Assembly: GCA_016235495.1 (NCBI GenBank)
Contig: JACRKH010000025.1
Location: 1 to 46,250, forward strand
DNA from: Candidatus Woesearchaeota archaeon
GTDB taxonomy: Archaea; Nanobdellota; Nanobdellia; SCGC-AAA011-G17; GW2011-AR17
Length of the DNA: 46,250 bases
Direction: 5' to 3'
Of this stretch, positions 43,622 to 46,250 are shown in pieces. The translations under genes and the position numbers were made by a program. A model generated the notes under the pieces. That model was not told where the DNA came from. It did not search any database and saw only the letters and a program-made list of their open reading frames with translations. Within the stretch, counting starts at the first letter, position 1, and each line of letters begins with the position of its first letter.

Positions 43622-43694
43622 GGGATTGTGGGCTAACTTGGTAGACTTTCGGGTTTGGGACCCGACGATCCCGGTTCAAATCCGGGCAATCTCA
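43622..43694 (+). tRNA. tRNA-Pro (UGG)
   Basis: Acceptor GGGATTG/CAATCTC (G2-U71 wobble) plus A73. Anticodon arm TCGGG-TTTGGGA-CCCGA. T arm CCCGG-TTCAAAT-CCGGG. TATA-like GTATTTAAAC lies about 25 nt upstream. Confidence 0.8.
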
Positions 43695-43770
43695 CCTTCC
43701 TAAAAATTTTTAAAGTCCAATAAAACAGCTTTCTCACCATAACAAAAATTCCAAAGGAAGCCCCGAAAGA

Positions 43771-43779
43771 CTTATAAAT
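43771..43779 (+). promoter_or_regulatory. TATA-like box for rpl37ae-rpoP-pfdB
   Basis: CTTATAAAT lies about 29 nt upstream of ATG 43804. Confidence 0.5.
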
Positions 43780-43803
43780 GCGTGAAAAACTTATTCAAAC
43801 AAA

Positions 43804-44016
43804 ATGGCGCGAAAAATTGGTTCAGTAGCACGATTTGGTGCAAGATATGGAAAAAGAACAAAGGCTAAAGTCCTCGCTGTAGAAAGGCTGCAAAAAGCAC
43901 CACAAACATGCCCATACTGTTCACGAGCTGTAGTAAAACGAGTAGCTGCAGGTATCTATGAATGTAAAAAATGCGAATCCAAGTTTACAGGAAGAGCATA
44001 TACAATAGGAGTCTAA
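43804..44016 (+). CDS. rpl37ae: ribosomal protein L37Ae (eL43)
   Basis: GARYGKRTKAKV...CPYCSR..VKRVAAGIYECKKCESKFTGRAY is the zinc-ribbon signature of L37Ae. Confidence 0.9.
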   Translation: MARKIGSVARFGARYGKRTKAKVLAVERLQKAPQTCPYCSRAVVKRVAAGIYECKKCESKFTGRAYTIGV

Positions 44017-44017
44017 G

Positions 44018-44155
44018 ATGGTTGAGTACAAATGTTTTTCATGCGAGAAAGCAGTAAAGAGCGACTATGTAAAAAAGAAAATTAGATGCCCATACTGTGG
44101 AAGCAAAATCCTCTACAAACAAAGAAGCGTCCCAACCAAATTAAAAGCTATCTAA
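44018..44155 (+). CDS. rpoP: RNA polymerase subunit P (Rpo12/RpoP), 45 aa; too short for the supplied ORF track
   Basis: My translation is MVEYKCFSCEKAVKSDYVKKKIRCPYCGSKILYKQRSVPTKLKAI. It has the CxxC-x14-CxxC zinc ribbon with the G.KILYK motif. It starts 1 nt after the L37Ae stop and ends 1 nt before the pfdB start. Confidence 0.75.
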   Translation: MVEYKCFSCEKAVKSDYVKKKIRCPYCGSKILYKQRSVPTKLKAI

Positions 44156-44156
44156 G

Positions 44157-44519
44157 ATGGATATTTCTAAAGAGACGCAGGAAAAGATTGCCCAGTTGCA
44201 GCTTTTCGAGCAGAACTTGCAGAGTTTTATGACGCAGAAGCGAAGCTTCCAATCACAGCTTTTAGAAATTGAAAATGCTTTAAAAGAAGTGGAAGGCTCC
44301 CAAGGAGCAGTCTATAAAATTGCAGGAGCAGTGATGTTCAGTGCAGAAAAAGAAACATTAAAAAAAGACTTGAAAGAAAGAAATGATGTCTTGCAGCTAA
44401 GAATAAAAAATATAGACCAGCAGGAAACTGCATTGCAGGAAAAAGCAAAAAAAATACAAGAAGAGGTCATGGCAGAAATAGACCAGCACATGAAGAAAGA
44501 CAATGAAAGAACTGATTGA
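44157..44519 (+). CDS. pfdB: prefoldin subunit beta
   Basis: 120 aa coiled-coil/beta-hairpin/coiled-coil layout (QLQLFEQNLQ...VYKIAGAVMFSAEKETLKKDL...). Confidence 0.8.
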   Translation: MDISKETQEKIAQLQLFEQNLQSFMTQKRSFQSQLLEIENALKEVEGSQGAVYKIAGAVMFSAEKETLKKDLKERNDVLQLRIKNIDQQETALQEKAKKIQEEVMAEIDQHMKKDNERTD

Positions 44520-44736
44520 AGAGCTAACAATGATATTGGAAGATGATGGCATCCCCAAGAATGTACGCATCAAACTTGATACTGCAATAGCAGTGCTGCA
44601 GGATAACGCCATAGAAATCAGCATTCGTGCAAATAAAGCCCTGCAGGAGCTTGATGAACTCTCTAATGACCCAAACATACCCTCCTACATCCGCCCGCAG
44701 CTCTGGAACATAGTCAGCCAGTTAGAATCATTTTAA
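44503..44736 (+). CDS. UPF0147 family small archaeal protein
   Basis: DDGIPKNVRIKLDTAIAVL...SIRANKALQELDELSNDPNIPSYIRPQLWNIVSQLE matches the UPF0147 pattern. Confidence 0.7.
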   Translation: MKELIEELTMILEDDGIPKNVRIKLDTAIAVLQDNAIEISIRANKALQELDELSNDPNIPSYIRPQLWNIVSQLESF

Positions 44737-44850
44737 TATCTATTTTAAAGAATATAACTAATCCTTCTCCTCGAATAGAGCTTCCATACCATAGAAATAT
44801 ATTTAAACCTAAATCAAATAGGAAAAAGAATTGGGAGGGTTCCAATCAAA

Positions 44851-45255
44851 ATGAAAGAAACTTTATTGCGAATCAAAGATAAAATCTTAGGAAACACACG
44901 GGAAGAAGACATTCCGGATGAATTTGGCGAAGACTATTTAGAAATAGATAGTGAAAATCAACCTGCAAGAAAATCCAAAGTTCTAGTAAAACCCTTCATG
45001 ATCAGAGAATTTCAAGATGTAAAATTAGTCTTAGATGCTCTTCGTGACGGATATACCATTGCCTTGGTAAACATCAAACCCTTGAAAGACAAAGACCTTA
45101 TTGAGTTAAAAAGGGTAGTAAACAAGTTAAAAAAGACTTGTGATGCTATTGATGGGGACATTGCAGGCTTTGGAGAAGACTGGCTCGTTGCAACACCAAA
45201 TTTTGCTTCTGTAGACAGAAATCAGCCAAAAGTCGCAACAACTATTGTTGAATAA
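44851..45255 (+). CDS. sepF: cell division protein SepF (archaeal FtsZ membrane anchor, DUF552)
   Basis: VLVKPFMIREFQDVKLVLDALRDGYTIALVNIKPL...LKRVVNKLKKTCDAIDGDIAG fits the SepF core. GGGAGGG (44833-44839) lies upstream. Confidence 0.8.
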   Translation: MKETLLRIKDKILGNTREEDIPDEFGEDYLEIDSENQPARKSKVLVKPFMIREFQDVKLVLDALRDGYTIALVNIKPLKDKDLIELKRVVNKLKKTCDAIDGDIAGFGEDWLVATPNFASVDRNQPKVATTIVE

Positions 45256-45256
45256 A

Positions 45257-45266
45257 TTTTTATTTT
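45257..45266 (+). terminator. oligo-T tract after sepF
   Basis: TTTTTATTTT lies right after the stop codon. Confidence 0.4.
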
Positions 45267-45333
45267 CCCTTTTGGAAATTCTTTTCATTTTTCATGAGTA
45301 AAGCTTTTAAACTCCTTTTTTCTCTTTCAGACC

Positions 45334-45873
45334 ATGGCTGACACAATAGAGAATGAAACCTGTCCATTCTGTATGAATAAAACATTAACATTAACAGAAG
45401 ATGAAATGGATATTCCCTTCTTTGGAAAAACCTTTATCTTTTCCATGCATTGTAAAAATTGTCAGTTTCAAAAGGCTGATGTAGAAGCAGCAGAACTCAA
45501 AGATCCTTGTAAGATCACCTTCACCATTGAAAAAGAAGAAGATATGAATGTTCGTGTGGTAAAATCCTCTGAGGCGACAGTAAAAATTCCGGGATTAAAA
45601 CTCTCAGTAACACCTGGACCAGCTTCTGATGGCTACATTTCTAACATAGAAGGAGTCATCACCCGCTTTGAGAAAGTAATTGAAGATGAGCGTGATAACA
45701 GCGAGGAAGAAGAAACAAAAAAAACAGCAAAGAACCTTCTCAAAAAAATAAGAAAAGTAAAGTGGGGGGAAATGCCTTTAAAAATTATTATTGAAGATCC
45801 CTCTGGAAACTCTGCAATTATTTCTGAACGAACAGTAATTGAAAAATTAAAAGCAGAAAAAAAGAAAAAGTAA
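45334..45873 (+). CDS. ZPR1-type zinc-finger protein
   Basis: CPFCMNKTLTL...DIPFFGKTFIFSMHCKNCQF is the ZPR1 zinc-ribbon module, followed by a beta-rich domain. Confidence 0.8.
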   Translation: MADTIENETCPFCMNKTLTLTEDEMDIPFFGKTFIFSMHCKNCQFQKADVEAAELKDPCKITFTIEKEEDMNVRVVKSSEATVKIPGLKLSVTPGPASDGYISNIEGVITRFEKVIEDERDNSEEEETKKTAKNLLKKIRKVKWGEMPLKIIIEDPSGNSAIISERTVIEKLKAEKKKK

Positions 45874-45889
45874 TCAATAAATAAAAAAA

Positions 45890-46006
45890 TTAAGAATCAT
45901 CTTCTTCTGTTTCTTCATCACCTGAAAAATCATCATCATAATCATCCAAAAAATCTTCGTTGCCTAAGTCATCGTCATCGTCATGCATTTCAAATTCATC
46001 TTCCAA
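45890..46006 (-). CDS. possible 32-38 aa extremely acidic mini-protein
   Basis: The minus-strand reading is (TTG)LEDEFEMHDDDDDLGNEDFLDDYDDDFSGDEETEEDDS*. AGGAGGG (46014-46020, minus strand) lies upstream. The start is ambiguous (TTG 46006 or ATG 45988). Confidence 0.25.
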   Translation of the reverse strand: MEDEFEMHDDDDDLGNEDFLDDYDDDFSGDEETEEDDS

Positions 46007-46250
46007 TAGCAATCCCTCCTAAAAATACAATTTTTATTTGGGAATCCAAGGGAGTATAAAAGCGTTTCTATACTCAAGCACAAACATCAAAAGAAAAAAA
46101 CACAGCTACGGCTCTGTAGAAAACTTCAATAAAACTCACTTAGGGGTCTTAAAATTGCTCCATTGCTTGTAGATAGAAGTTGTTTTGTAAAAAATAATTT
46201 TTATGCAGAAATATTTTCCCGATGATAAAAATGTTTTTTTGGGATTATTA

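Noticed and set aside
1-46250. A scan for CRISPR arrays, rRNA genes, transposases or integrases, and long direct or inverted repeats.
   Set aside because: None were seen by eye. The only repetitive tracts are the GCA-rich coding repeat in rpl11 and the intragenic duplication at 18933-19289. An exhaustive repeat search was not possible without tools.
46204-46250. A possible start of a plus-strand gene at the right edge (ATG 46204, MQKYFPDDKNVFLGLL...).
   Set aside because: Only 15 codons are visible. No motif or convincing promoter box can be assessed, so it was not reported as a feature.

Overview
This is an AT-rich archaeal chromosome segment, roughly 35-40% GC by eye. It has short intergenic spacers, many 4-8 nt start/stop overlaps, and A/T-rich TATA-like boxes about 22-30 nt upstream of most start codons, so most transcripts look leaderless.

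The backbone is archaeal information-processing genes:
- The RNA polymerase cluster rpoH-rpoB''-rpoB'-rpoA'-rpoA''-L30e-NusA, followed by S12-S7 and L35Ae-L10e.
- SecE-Spt5/NusG and uL11.
- L37Ae-RpoP-prefoldin beta-UPF0147.
- eIF5A-L40e.
- AsnRS, AspRS, a GatE-like protein, archaeosine TGT and several tRNA-modification enzymes (Dus, TrmJ-like, Trm11-like).
- Two FtsZ paralogs plus SepF, RNase J, and three tRNA genes.

The split RpoB, two FtsZ plus SepF, small proteins and broken-up conserved operons fit a small-genome DPANN-type archaeon. That placement is inference, not demonstrated.

No rRNA genes, CRISPR arrays, transposases or integrases were seen.

Observations most worth follow-up:
1. 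A 153-nt tRNA-Lys(UUU) gene that only folds after removal of two introns (67 nt at position 30/31 and 12 nt at 37/38). Both have drawable bulge-helix-bulge junctions.
2. A uL11 gene with a ~75-residue Ala/Lys/Pro-rich C-terminal extension, followed directly by a SET-domain lysine methyltransferase, a GC-rich palindromic island, a free-standing LAGLIDADG endonuclease gene and tRNA-Pro.
3. Conserved operons interrupted by unknown or accessory genes: an orphan ORF between nusA and rps12; a 615-aa Pol-beta-type nucleotidyltransferase after rps7; and a DUF4258/DUF2283 pair plus an unknown gene between spt5 and rpl11.
4. A DUF4145-protein plus orphan-protein pair at the left end that could be a defence-type module.
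5. A Doc-family toxin with no recognisable antitoxin.

All family assignments come from motifs read in the translations. No database search was run.
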